Shown here: positions 13,330-26,289 of the stretch, piece after piece
Layout: each line of letters begins with the position of its first letter
Numbering within the stretch: the first letter of the stretch is position 1
Assembly: GCF_036321535.1 (NCBI RefSeq)
Contig: NC_087436.1
Span: forward strand, 27,344,001 to 27,408,000
Reading direction: 5' to 3'
Source: Camelus dromedarius
Lineage: Eukaryota
Length of the DNA stretch: 64,000 bases
The notes under the pieces: model-generated
Seen by the model: the letters and a program-made list of their open reading frames with translations, nothing else
Told to the model about the DNA's origin: nothing
The model's database searches: none
Position numbers and translations under genes: made by a program

Positions 13330-13560
13330 TCAACAAAAGCAGAGACAATCTCTCTAGGCCTGGAAAGATGAAGTCTGAAAAGAGTCCCTCGACTTTGGGA
13401 ACAAAACTTTGATGATCTCGTTAGAGCCCTTTGATGAGAGCTGAAACCAGATTGTGGAGGGGGCTGAAGAGGGAATGGAAAGGGAGAAAAGTGAGCACAT
13501 AGGTGACACTTTGAAGAAGTTAGGCCTTGGGAAAGAGGAAAAGAGTGAGAAGATGGATTT
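13330..13560 (-). mobile_element. L2 fragment
   Basis: Purine-rich 'agattgtggagggggctgaagagggaatgg...actttgaagaagttaggc', typical of antisense L2. Confidence 0.55.
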
Positions 13561-13587
13561 GTACAAGCAGAATGGGTCTCTCTGTCT

Positions 13588-13870
13588 CTTAATTGAGGTA
13601 TGATTTACATACAGGGTTTTACACGTGTAAGCAGCTGTATAACCAGTACCCAGATCAACATATAGACTGTCACTCAACCAAGAAAGCTTCTGCTGCCCCT
13701 TGCAGTCCTTACCACCTCCGAGGGCAACCATTATCCTGAACTAAGCACCATACTTATTTTTTGCCTTGCATTTTCTAAAACTTCACATAAATGGAATCAT
13801 AAAAATTCACATATTTTGTCTTATTTATTTTACTCCATATTATGTTTGAGTGATTTATCGATGTACCAAG
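13588..13870 (-). mobile_element. L1ME-like 3' end
   Basis: 'ttaattgaggtatgatttacatac...ggcaaccattatcctga...cttcacataaatggaatcat'. Confidence 0.75.
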
Positions 13871-13884
13871 TGTAAAAATTGTGT

Positions 13885-16435
13885 ACTTTTTAATAGACTG
13901 GACTTTACTTTTAGAAGTTTTAATGTACAGAAAAATTGAGCAGATATTACAGTGTTCTCATATTATTCTTCCTACCCACACACAGTTTTCCTTTTCACTA
14001 ATACCTTACATTAGTACAGTATACTTGTTAACAATCAATGAACCATTGTTGATGCGTTATTGTTAACTAAAGTCCATAGTTTATTCAGGATTCCTTATTT
14101 TTAGCCTAATGTCCTTTTTCTGTTCCAGGATCCCAACCAAGATACTCCATCACATTTAGTTGTCATGTCTTCCTAGGCTCTTCTTGGCTGCAACAGATTT
14201 CACAAACTTTCCTTGTTTTGGATAATCTTATTAGTTTTGAGGAATATTGATCAGGGATATGGTAAGATGCCCCTCTACTGGAATTTTTATAATTAGATTG
14301 GGGTTATGTTTTCTTAAGAGGAAGACCACAGAGGTAAAGAGTCATTTTCATCACATCAAATTAAGCATACATACTTTCAACATGACATCACTATCAATGG
14401 AAACTGATCTTCTGGTTGACAAAGTGTTTGTCAGGTCTCTTCCCTGTAAAGTTACTTTTTTCCCCCCTTTGAATAATATATTCTGTGAAAGCACAGCTTA
14501 AGCAATGGGGAGTTATGCTTCCACTCCTTTAGAGTTGATTATCTACATCATTGATTTGGGATTTTTCTGAATGGGACATTTTCTCTCCCATCCCATTTAT
14601 TAATTTATTCAATCATTGATTTATATCAGGGTAGACTCATAGATATAATTTTATACTTTGGGTTATAATCCAATATGATTTTACTTATTTTGTTGTTCAA
14701 ATTGTTCCAGCTTTGGCTATTGGGAGTTATTTTAGTTGGTTCCTGTGCCTTTTAATATACTTCCATCATTGTGATTTTTTTTTTATTTGTTGTTGTTATT
14801 GTTGTTTCGAAGGCTTCCTTACTCATCTGTGCTAAAAGATGCTCCAGGCTCATCTTGTATATTTCTTGTTCTTTTCCTATAATCACCCATTTCTCCCAAG
14901 AGTGCTTACTGCTCCTTTAGTTGGACAATGACATGAGAAGCCAGCTTTAAGACAGTAGGCTTACTCATTGCTATTGGTTGTCATTTCTTTTAGGCCCTCT
15001 TAGCTGACAGAGCAAGGAAATATATGTGTGCGCTGTAGTCCAAGTATATATACATATTTCTAAAGATGTCTATATACAGCCATCTGTATCTATACTAAGT
15101 TAAATGAGTTCTTACAGATATCTTCAACTCTAGTCTATTACCCTATAATATATTGAATAATTCTAGCTTTCTCCCCTTGCTGTTTCATAAATTCCCACTC
15201 AACAATGAGAAAACTGACCCTTACCTGCCATTCATTTATTTGTTCAGTTTCTGCATACATGTATAGCAGTGTCTGAACTGTTAACCCATAAGGCCAAAAC
15301 AACTTTATCCAGTACAGTATGGTACTTGTGTGCAGTTCCTTTTGTCTTTAATCTTACTGACTCGATTTATTTCCAGAGTTAACTAGGTCAGTGCATTTCT
15401 CCCTGACCCCTTCAGTGAGGTTGTTTCATATATTTATTGTACTGTTAGATTCTCTTGTCATAGACTGCATACTTTCCTGGTATCTCCTAACCTTCTAAGT
15501 GATTTTTTTTAAATTTCATATATTAAGGGTCCCTCATTATGCTTTAAAGTTCTATTGATTTTAGAAATTAATAATGTCATGTGTCCATAATTACAGTATC
15601 ATACAGAATACTGAGACCACCTTAAATCCCATATGTTCCACCTTTTTATCTCTCCCTTCTTCCCTTCCCTGAATCCCTGGCAACCAGTGCTTCTATAGTT
15701 CTGCTGACTTTTTTTTCTTTACTGAGTCTGTAGTTTTGCCTTTTCCAGAATGTTATGTAATTGGAGTCATACCTTAGGTAGCTTTTTCATAGTGGCTACT
15801 TTCAGTAGAAGTATGCATTGAAGGTCCTTCCATATTCTTACCTGGCTTTGTAACTCATTGTTTTATATTGCTGAATGTTAGTTTGTTGTATGGATGTACT
15901 ACAATTTGTTAAAACATGTATGTGTTGGAGGGCATCATGGTTGCTTCTGGTTTTGGGCAATTATGGAAAAAGTTGCTGTAAGCATTTATTTTAATTTGTG
16001 TGTGTGTGTGTGTGTGGTCATAGGTTTTCAGCTCAATTGGGTAAATGCCTTGGAGTGTGATTGTTCATATGATGATACTACATTTAGCTCTGTAACTGCC
16101 AAACTGTCTTCCAAAGCGGCTGTGCAATTTTGCACTGCTACCAGCAGTGAATGAAAGTTTCTGTTGCTCTGAATCCTCACTAGCATTTGGATTGTCAGTT
16201 TTTTAGATGTTAGCCATTCTAACAGGTATGTAGTGCTATCTCTGACTTAATTTGCAACTGCCTAATAACAGAGGATGAACATATTTGACATATATATACA
16301 TATATATATATATTCTTTGGTGAGCTTTTGTTTATGTTTTAATTTGGTTGTATGTTTTCTTACTGCTAAGTTTTAAGAGTTCTTTCTATATTTTGGAAGC
16401 AAATTCTTTATCAGATGTGTATTTTACAAATATAT
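13885..16435 (-). mobile_element. L1MD-like 3' region (about 2.5 kb)
   Basis: 'acagaaaaattgagcag...ttaactaaagtccatagtttattc...ttccaggatccc' 3'UTR, running into ORF2-end motifs 'gccaaactgtcttccaaagcggctg...agccattctaacaggt'. Confidence 0.9.
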
Positions 16436-17356
16436 ATATATTTTTGTCTTATGATCCCATAATAATTGCTGCCTCCTCTCTTTAAATTTACTTAAGTAAC
16501 AGGAAGGATTCAATAAATTTTTCCCTAAACAAAATGGTCTATTCCAGATGACTGTAACATCTATCTCTAAACATAAAATAAGGGGCAACCATTTAATATA
16601 TTTGTATAGGAACTAATAGAAGTGGAAGAAGAAAATGTTTAATAATTATTGATATGAATCTTTATATTAAATGCACCATTTGAGTTTTTATGAGGGACAG
16701 AAAGCATAGCTATTTGGGGGGAAATATTACAGGATTAGTTTTTAAGAAGATGGTAATAGATCTATGTGAATATGTTTAGGTGGCATTTAAATATAGAAAA
16801 GAAGCTCAGAACGTCATAATAATAGAAATGTGTATTAGTTAATCATCCATTTAAAGGTGAAATTTAACTGTCTTTAAATTTTTTAAATCCTAAAGGTCTA
16901 CATCCTGTCTTAAATTTCTGTCTAAGATCTACTTAAAAAAAGAATCAACAATTAAAGCATCTCAAACAGCTTTGGATAATTTTAATCTTAAACCCATTTA
17001 TTATAGGCTGTAAGTTTAAAAAAATCACAAAAATTGAGCTCATCTTTTCTCAAAATCATTTTGATAATTTTCTTATTATAAATCATAATAACAGTCTATT
17101 TTTAAATCTTTCTTTTTCACAAAGTAATATTCTTTCCATAAAGGCTTTTATGTATACTGGCATATTCATTTGAGCCAAAAGGGAATTATATCAGTTTGTG
17201 CTTAGCTTAAGTAATTATTTCATTTACTTTATAATTATTATTTTCGTGTATGGAATATTCATCATCCAAGAAAAAGTTAGAGCCCATAAAATTCAATTAT
17301 CAGCTGAGCTTCAGATATACTGCAGCTAGTGGATTGAAGTTGTTTTCTATTTCTCA

Positions 17357-17386
17357 TGTGTGTGTGCATGTGTGTGTGTGTGTGTG
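17357..17386. repeat. (TG)n microsatellite, imperfect
   Basis: Visible directly. Confidence 0.9.
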
Positions 17387-20300
17387 AACTTTGAATTTTA
17401 TAGACAGAAAATACTAGCTTAGTACATGTGGTTAATTCTCATTGTCTTGCTTTCCTAATGATAAGAAATTAATTTTCTCAAGGAAAGCATATAGAAAGTG
17501 CCAACATTTCAAAATATAAATAAGTACAATAAATATGAGACATACAAGCTAAAACTACAGCAGTGTTTTTGAAAATGGATGCCCTCTCTATGCAGTATGC
17601 CCAAGTAAGGACCAAGAAGGTCGTCCCTGATTTGGGAGGGAGGATTTTAATGCAGGAAATGTGGGAAAAATCACACTCAGTCCTTTTCCCACTGCATCTG
17701 GGGGTTCTCAAATGCCCTCAGATATGTTTTGCTGTCGGGGGAGGTGCCAGGAAAGTAGTATTTTGATGATTTTTGTTGTCGTTATTAATATCATCATGTT
17801 GGGGCTGTACTCTCCTGTGGCTTGAGCATTCTTTTTATCTGTGTGGCTGTATCAGGCATATACATTACCTTTTTGGCTCCTGGAAGCAATTGGGACAAAT
17901 GTCCCCCAGTCCCACATGGGAAGCTTTCATCCTTGATTACTGTACTATTCACATTCTATTTGAGGCTAAATTTTGTCTTTAAAGAAAGAAGTCTTGGAGC
18001 GGAAAAGAAAATGACCTTTTTGGAAATTAGGATTTTGGTGATATTTTCCAGTCTTCCACCATCAAAGTGTTTCTTCTTATTTTCTGTTTTTTACATCTCT
18101 TCTTTCCTCTCAATGTCTTGTACTGAAATGAACCACGCAGACGTCTTCTTCCCAACTTCTTCCCCTTCTCTCCTCTTTATTCTGCCTCTTTTTACTGGTT
18201 TTCATGAAATTGCCAAGTCGTTGAATACATGGAAAATTCACTCTCATTTTCGTCTCCATCCCGTTGATTTTAACTGTCTAAGTGGTGCTTCCATAATACC
18301 AGCACAAATCTTTGAAACGTCAAACCATTAACAACCTTTGATTTTCATATAACCTAAATTATAATGAACCATTTTACTTAAAATCAATAAAGAAAAAAAG
18401 TAAGAAACAATTTATCATTAATTGGTTGACCACTTCACTGGTGTGGTTGGCATAATACAGGCTAAGGACGTATCTCCTTACCTGTGCTTACTACCAAGTG
18501 ATCTCTCACTGTACATAAAACCTTATATACCATGAATATAGCAGAGCACTTTACCTCTCACTCATTATGAGCATCAGCCTATTCAATTAGAATGAATGGC
18601 CTCCCATTACAACCACTTCCTTCCCCTGCACATCCACAATGTCTCTTCAGAGCTAACCTTTACCTTGTCTGCAGAAGGCAGGTGAGATTACATACGACAC
18701 CACTCCACACCCCAATTATATTGCTTATAAGAGAGAGAGACATCAGATTTAACCTGGTAATTTCCTTTCACAGGAATATGCAGTTGATAAGAAAATGGGT
18801 TTGAATGTGGTAGATTCTACACAGAAAAAAATCATGTAGACTTAGAGTCTAAAGCTACCATTTTGGAACATCCTTGTTAAAAACCTGAACAGGCAGTTAC
18901 ATCAGCCAAGGAAGAAGTTATGCAGAGAGAAATAAATGAAACAGACTTGCAGGGAGAGTGAGAACAAGCAAGCAAATTTGCTTTCTCATCTTCCACCTTC
19001 CCAGGCTGAAGTTTTTTTTATGAGACTTACTTGTAATTCCTTCCCTTATTTGGGGTGGATATTTGCTAATTACTATAAATTCTCCAAGAAGAGGGGAATC
19101 TGACAAAACAAGATTCTCTGACCTGAATAATCACCATGCTTAATCAGCTTAAACCTGAAAATGATAGGGAAAATTGAAAGTGAATAACAACATTTAGGGA
19201 AAAAAAATTAATGTAGATGATACTTATTAGAGTTTGTTTCCTAACTCTAGTCCTAAAATATGTCCTCCTCCTGAAAAACTGGGCACTTTGCTTAATTCAG
19301 TTATGAGCTCCTCCATAACCTGTGTCACTCCCAGAGACTGTAAATGACTAAACGGCCGTGCTGGACGGTCACCAGTTGGGAAAACTCCCTTTGCCTTCAA
19401 TTGTCTCCCCTTTTTCTTTCTTTTTGGCTATGTACCTCCTACCCCTCAGTGAATTTTGACCAGATAACAAACCACAACATTTGCTTGCACTGTTCTCAGG
19501 AAAACGTTTTTCTGATAGTTATTGAGATCCTAAGCAAATAGCATAAAAACAGGAATAATCCTAAACCATGAATTTTGCTTGAAGTCAAAGATGGCCCTCA
19601 GCTAGAATGCAGGACACACACTCAGCTTTTCCTCATTCTATAGAGACCTTGCTAAATTCACTCATTGTTTGCAGTTATTCTTACGTTTTTTATTTTGTAA
19701 ATATCTCATGATTTCTAATTAATGAGTGTGTCATCAAGAAATATGCATTTTACTCCTTTCCCAAAATGATGCTACGCATATAGATATTTTAATGATGAAG
19801 GAAAAGGAGGTAGATGAAATGGTTTAATAGTAAAAGGAATATCTCTTAGTAGAAACATGCAAAATACAATGACATCATATGAAAAATAGACACAACTTTG
19901 GTAGAGAATACATAAAATAATTCTTTTTATATACTTTTAATTCTGTTTAACCACTAGTGATAAGCCACTAATATCGACAAGGAGAAATCCTAGATGTTAA
20001 ACAAATAACAAACAAAAAATCAAGAAACTATTTCCTTCAAAGCTTATAAAGGAAAGAAAACGCTAATGAGTTCCTCCCACCCTGAAATATCGTGGTATAT
20101 TTGCCTGTTGTCAAAATATGAATTATCTTTTCCCATCAGGCCCCTATTTATGGGGTCTCTCTTTGAGAAAGAGGTCAGGCCTGGGTATGTGACAGGCTTT
20201 AGGCAAGAAAAAGCGAAGGGAAGTGTGCACTTCTGGCTTAAGAGGCAGCCTGTAGCTGGCCCTCGCTCCCCTTCCCACGCTGCCACTTCTCACACAGGCG

Positions 20301-20439
20301 CTGCTGCCTTAGCTCCAGGCCCCGCCTGAGGATGATGTGAGGGAGAGCTGACGCTGAACCAGGGTTGCCGTTCAGTGTAGAAAAGCCGTATTTTTTAATT
20401 GGTGCCCAATAAGACTTTGAATTGAAACTGTAACATAAC

Positions 20440-20860
20440 CTAGAGCACATGGACTGAGAAATACCCACTCCAGTGAAATTAGCTTGATCTTAGTAATGAT
20501 TGCTTTATGAATCCCTGATTCCACTCAGGAACTCTGCTGCAAGCCTCCTGGGGAAGATCTCCTAGTTCCAGTTGTTCCAATGAGGAGATAGTGAAGGTAA
20601 AGGAAATGGCCCTCTGTCCTTCTGGTGTTTTGGTGTTGCTCCTGGCCCAGCTACGGCTGTCTCACCATAATCAGGGAGGATGGCCGAACCCGGAGAGTCC
20701 TGGAACGCCAGAACCAGTGCCCTAACTGGCTGGCCCTGATGTCCATCTGATCTCTGGACTTATTTAAAATAAAATAATCAATCCTTTTATTTTTAAAGCC
20801 AATTTTGTTCAAGTTTGACATTTCTTTCTTAGAGCACAATATGAGAATTACATATATTCC
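20440..20860 (+). mobile_element. Old MaLR (MLT1-like) LTR
   Basis: 3' motif 'ctctggacttattt...aataatcaatccttttatttttaaagccaattttgttc' and a GC-richer body. Confidence 0.55.
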
Positions 20861-21841
20861 AACCACAGTGATAGAAATGTTTATATATGTGCAATAGACT
20901 ACATCTTTAAAATGTCACTTTTAGGTTTATTGTTATATGTTATAACTTAAAAATAATAAAAAACCTATTTTCACAAAATATCACTTTTCCTCAGTTCCTA
21001 TGGTTGAGGGTCTCTTGTTTTCATTGTAGTTGGGTGCATAAAATCTCATAACTACGAGAAAGCAGCTTTCAGAGAAGCTTACCCGCATTGCCAGATAATT
21101 TATTTCTGAAAATCATGTGCAAAATCACTATGTCTTTCTTTCTCTCTTTTTTGTTCTTTTTTTTTTTTTTGAGGTAAAACACTTTAAAGGTGTTCCTATT
21201 TCATAATCAGAGCATTAAGGATTTTGTTGGTGGAACTCTTTGTGAGGATTTTCAATTTTGCAGCAGCTTATAAGCGATTGGCAATGAGTCTTGCAGAGCC
21301 CTGCGACTCTGAGAACAGCATTGCACTTGGCAGAGAGAGATGCTGTACTTCAAAAAAATTTCCTGAGTTAAAAATGCAAATTAGTGTAATAGTTTTCTGA
21401 CTTCAAATTAATTTAGCAAGTTGTTGAATATTCAAAAAACAGATAAAATGAAGAACATAATTTGTTTTTTTTTAAAGCACAGAATTCATCTAAATTATGA
21501 CTTTCTATATACCATCTAATTTGTTTTATACTTGTAGAACACATGGCTGGTGAAGTTTGTGTTTGTATTTTACATGCAGACTCGCACACATTCCCTATGG
21601 CTGAGGGAAATATGGGTAATTGGGGCATCCTCAAAGACCCTGGAGAAATAGCATGAGGTTCTTTGAGAAAGGATGTTTGTTTGGAAATGGCTTGCAAGGA
21701 ATATAATGCTGGGAAAAGGCACCTTAGAGGCAATCAGCACCAGTTATCAGCAGGCTCAGGAGCCTCCAAAGGAAAGGAATGTGCTGTTCATTGAGAATAA
21801 ACCACAGATGATGTCTGTCTTAGTCCACAACCATGAAGCAT

Positions 21842-22016
21842 CAGTGTCAGCTTCAAGGATGAGCAAGCTGTGCTGTCACATGGGGCTCCACCCTCAGAAG
21901 GGCTTAGTGTGACTCAGCACCCTGCTGTCGCCATGTTGAAATTCTTGATGCTTTTTGTCCATGGGGTCCCATATTCTCACTTGCACTGAGCCTCAAAAAT
22001 TTTGTAGCTACTCCTG
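21842..22016. mobile_element. MER45A-like hAT-Tip100 MITE
   Basis: 'cagtgtcagcttc...ctcagaaggg...ctgctgtcgccatgttgaaattctt...ttgcactgagcctc...tgtagctactcctg'. Confidence 0.8.
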
Positions 22017-22384
22017 CCTGACTTGGACGTGCTTAAATTTTAAAATGTAATTATCAGGCAACATAGCTGAAGGTCTACTTTACGGTCCAGAGTTAAAAAG
22101 AGGTTAGTGTGTTCAATACTGTCCATTAGGTAAGATGAAGGTTTTTTAATATTTGTATTATAATGTGCAACGTGAACTTTTAAGAAAGCATGTATTCCAG
22201 GTTCTTATATGCCATTCTAGTCAACAGGAGTGATGCACTTAAAAAAGGTATCCTGATTTTTTTGTTCCCGTTACATATATTTAGAGTAATAAGCTTACTT
22301 TTTTTTTAAATGTAAATATCCTCTCTTCTCAAGTAAAGATTTTTAGTAAGCATTTTATTAACTAAATACTTATTAAATGGTTTT

Positions 22385-22768
22385 TGTATCAATTTGCTAG
22401 AGTTGCCATAACGAAATACCACAGATAGAATGCTTTAAACAACAGAAATTTATTTCCTCATAGTTTTGAAGGCTAAAAGGCTCAGGCCAAGGTACTGGCA
22501 AGGCCCTTGGCTTGCAGGTGGCTGCCTTCTAGCTGTGTTCTCACACGATCTGTCCTCTGTGTGTGAGAGCCCATCATCTCTTTCTGTGTCCAAATTTCCT
22601 CTTATTATGACACCAGTCAGAATGAATTAAAGCCCATCCTAATGGCCTCATTTTAACTTAGTCACTTCCCTAAAGACCCAATTTCCAAAAACACTCAAAT
22701 TCTATGGTACAGTGGGGCTAGGGCTTCAACATATGATTTTGGGGGTAGGCACAGTCAGCTCAAGCAAC
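22385..22768 (-). mobile_element. MLT1A/B solo LTR
   Basis: 'tgccataacgaaataccacaga...aacaacagaaatttattt...gacaccagtcag...ggcttcaacatatgattttgggg'. Confidence 0.9.
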
Positions 22769-23244
22769 TTCTATGTGGCAAATACTTTGTATGCCCTAGA
22801 AATGGAAAGAGATTAATGGTGGAAGTTGACCTATAAAATAATCATAACTATAAAAAGTTTAAGTGCTCTGTGAGGTAGGGCATACAATGGAGGAAATAAT
22901 TCTTTTTCCTGGTGAATCTAAACAAGATAGTTCCCAAAGATGGCTGAATACAAGTACGTTGAATAGAAAAAATATCCAAGTAGTAGAATTTATGGGAGAA
23001 AAAGCAGCATGTGACAGCATCTGAGTTTTTCAATGAATGGTACTAGATTCTCTCTGATTAAAAATATACTAACGAAATATAAATATAAATATGATGAGAT
23101 GAAAAGCAAGTAAGAAATAAAATATAGGTTATTCATAATGTATTCAAAATTTACCTGGAAATAGGAGATTGCATGCTGCAGAAATAAGAGCAACTTGTTA
23201 AAAAGAGAGAGAGAGAGAGAGAAAGAAAGAAGAAAATGTCTGTG

Positions 23245-23350
23245 TAGTCAGAGCATCCTAAATTCAAAATGAATTGATACCACTCAGTTGTGTAAAATTG
23301 CATGAATATTTGAATATCTATGAGCCTTGGTTTCCTTTCCTGAAAAAAGC
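23245..23350 (+). mobile_element. MIR fragment
   Basis: 'agtcagagcatcctaaattcaaa...tctatgagccttggtttcctttcctgaaaa'. Confidence 0.6.
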
Positions 23351-23709
23351 AAAACAATAGGACTGTGGCAGAAGTGCCATTCCTTTCAAAAGTCCATTCT
23401 TCTATTCTTCTTCAGTGATAAGAACTTTATTTTTTAGGTTAAAGAATTGCTGCCCAAGTAAAACACTGCTTTCTTTAGGTTCTCTTGCATCTATGTCTGG
23501 TCCCTGTTTAAGATTCAGCTGCTCTCGTATATGTGAAAGTTTGTTGTACAATTTCCTGGAAGAGCTTTTAAAGGAAAGCCTGCACTCTTCACCTCTGCTT
23601 ATGACTTTAAAGTATACGGCAGATACGATGACTGGTACTCCAGCATTCTTCTTGGACCATGAGGATAAAATCCGTTTCTTAGGGATTATATATTGGAGAA
23701 TTGACAGTA

Positions 23710-23940
23710 CAGTTGACCCTTGAACAACAGGGTTTGAACTGTGCAGGTCCACTTATATGCAGATACTTTTCCAATACTAAATACCACTCTACTCCACGAT
23801 CTGTAGTTGGTTGATCCTTCATTGTTGATCTGTGGCTTCTGAGGAACCTCAGATACCGAGGGCCTGCTCTGAATTATGCACAGATATTCAGCTGTGCAGA
23901 GGCTGGGTCCCCTTACCCCAAGCTGTTCAAGGGTCATTTG
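23710..23940. mobile_element. Tigger2-derived MITE (TcMar-Tigger), 231 bp
   Basis: TIRs cagttgacccttgaacaac / gctgttcaagggtcatttg; TA duplication at 23708-23709 and 23941-23942. Confidence 0.93.
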
Positions 23941-24077
23941 TAGTCTGGGTCCTGTAGGGTTTGTGGAGCCAGGCCAGTATACCACACTTGGCTTGTCTAC
24001 CTCTAGGTTTCTTTTAGGTGAAAGAGACATAATCTTTTATTTGTATTAAGGCTCTGTTATTTTTCATTTTCTGCCGC

Positions 24078-24661
24078 TGTTGACAAAGAACCAGCCATTG
24101 TACCCCTATAGTCAAGTTGAGGCTCAGAGGTAGAGTTTTGGGAGAATCAGAAAAAAAACAGCTTTATTGCTTTGCCAGGCAAAGGGGAGTCACAAAATAT
24201 TAATGCCTTAGAGACTGTGAATCCATCTTGGGGTTGGGGTCCTGAGGTTTTATAGAAAAAATGGACATAACAGGAAGAACCGGACAAAAACCCGGGCTTT
24301 TTGTGAGGTGCTGTATTCTTCTCAATCTTGATGAATCCACCTGGCATCACGGAGAAACTCTGGAGGGTCTGTTCATTCCTCTGAGGTTGTCAGCCTGTGA
24401 CCACCTTCCTAGAACACAGGTTCTGAGTTAAAGGGTAAGCTATTCTGGGTAAAGAATGTACAGGGAGTGGAGAGTGTAATGGAAAGGTTGCAGGCTGCTT
24501 AGCACCAAAGTAGTTGAGCAAGTGAAACAGAGATGGGGGTTTGTCAGGAAAAACAAAGAGGAAAACAAGTTGTAAGAATTTTAAGTCAGAATGAATCAGC
24601 AAACAGCTTTAGCCTCAGGGAAGCCATCTTGTTAGTTAGTTTCCTACTTTTCCCCACTTCA
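24078..24661 (-). mobile_element. ERV1-type solo LTR (584 bp)
   Basis: Minus strand runs TG...CA with TATA (ctataaaa) followed by 'gcctggcaaagcaataaagct'; no clear target-site duplication. Confidence 0.8.
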
Positions 24662-26147
24662 GTAGTGTTGAATCTTTTATGGGTTCCCAGTGTTGTTAAT
24701 AAGGGTACATTAACAATTAAAAGTGGTGAGTGCACAACAGGTTCTTTTAGTTTCTTTACTGGTAAAAGGGGCCGTCAATTTAAGGCGGGTTACCAGCATG
24801 ACAGTAAATCAGTTAAATAAAAATTACTTTTGTAAGTGTCAAAAATATATCCAAGTGGGAAAAGAGAAGGCAAAGATATATTTAGAATCTCTCTGAATCT
24901 AAGATATAAAAATACAGAATAACATAGTTTTAGATGGATCACTCAGGAGGTGAGCTGTTGCAACCATATGATATGGAAATAAGTAGGAAAGTAAATTGTT
25001 ATGCAAGCAACAACTAAATGCAGAGACTGAGTGGACAAAGGAGGGGAAATAAGCAGAAGGAACCAGCAAAAACTTCAACTCCTGAGGCAGAAGGGACAAG
25101 GACCAAGTCAGGGGAACAACAGCACTAAGACCAGAAGCATCCATTTGGAATTTGAATTTTGTAACCAGGTTTAGGTAAGTTAGAAGACTTGTCCTATTTA
25201 AGGAATAGTAAACATTTTTCTATTACTCAAGTAAATAGTCTTTTGAAATTATTTACAGGCATGATTTTCTATCTGAATAATAGTTCCTTTTTGGTGATTC
25301 AATATTCTGGAAGCTGTCTAATTATCATCTTCATTACCTTCTGATTATTTACTATATGACAAAAATAAGACTCTGTACTTGATTAGGAACTCAAGATGAA
25401 ATTTTGTTTTACGTATATTTATTTAGATGCCTATGTAATTTATTGCTAACAAATAACCCTTAGGTTACCCTAGAAATTAAAATATCCCCAAAACACCTCA
25501 GAAAATCAGTGACAGGATCAAGAGAGACAGTCAGCAAAATTATATCGTAAACTGTAAAACAGAAAAGCGAATTAAAATATCTCTATTACTATCTCTCTGA
25601 AATGCAGTTTTCTCATTGTAACCATTGACTAGTCCAATTGGTTGAGTATTCGTGATTGTCAAATTGTTCAATGCCTGTTAAAGTGACATGAAATAATATG
25701 AGATGTTATGCAAATACTCTGAATGTTTTAAATATGTTGACTATGATTTACTCTAGTAAAATATATATTAATTATTTTTTGTTTTCCTTTAATGCAATAA
25801 TACTTATACCAAGCTTGAAAAGGGACAGTGCCAGCTAATTAATCTCTTCAGTGGTAATGATTTACAAAATTTAGAGTAAAATACAAATACTAATACAATA
25901 ATATTACTAGCCTTTGGTTAAAAGGAGAAATTTTATCAACCATTAAAAATAAAAATAAAAGGGAATGTTCTATGATTCCTCTAAGGAAACTACTGATTAA
26001 TTTTCTATATTTACTGAAAGAAGAAGAAATCTTTGAGAAGTTATTTGCAAAGCAAGCAGGATAACCCTCTGCCTGTACGTAATAGGTAACAGAGATATTT
26101 CACCAAAAGAGCTTCAATTCAAGAACCCTTTAGAAAAGTGAAATGTT

Positions 26148-26289
26148 GGGGAGGGTATAGCTCAAGTGGTAGAGTGCTTGCTTAGCATGCATGAGGTCCT
26201 GGGTTCAATCCCCAGTACCTCCTCTGAAAATAAATAAAACTAGTTACCTCCCCCCACCAAATAAAATAATTAAGGAATACAATAATAAG
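26148..26289 (+). mobile_element. Camelid tRNA-Ala-derived SINE (vic-1 type)
   Basis: Head ggggagggtatagctcaagtggtagagtgc...gggttcaatccccagtacctcc with Pol III A/B boxes, A-rich tail, 15-bp TSD tagaaaa(g/a)tgaaatg at 26131-26145 and 26290-26304. Confidence 0.92.

Larger units (their letters stand above)
23360..24815 (-). mobile_element. Putative highly decayed piggyBac-like transposase remnant, interrupted by a Tigger MITE and an LTR
   Basis: Collinear degenerate motifs after removing the insertions: PLLTTL; NRALIQIKDYVSFT*KKPRGRQAKCGILAW...TQTTVNSPIY; SRKLYNKL; TGTRHR; GQQFFNLKNKVLIT. Compared by eye only. Confidence 0.4.

Noticed and set aside
17822..18331. Longest ORF in the track (169 aa)
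   Set aside because: Non-ATG start, Phe/Leu/Ser-rich composition from pyrimidine-rich DNA, no recognisable domain
23402..24030. 131-codon ORF formed by joining ORFs 23686..24030 and 23402..23752 after removing the MITE
   Set aside because: An in-frame join has a 1-in-3 chance, longer chance ORFs exist in this window, and no cellular protein is recognised; a resemblance to NDUFA9 (SKEAGV...KSSSR) has the wrong spacing. Kept only as part of the transposase-relic hypothesis
26148..26222. tRNA-Ala(AGC)-like gene
   Set aside because: Acceptor stem is imperfect and it is followed by a SINE body, A-rich tail and TSD; it is a SINE head (same for about 44325-44400)
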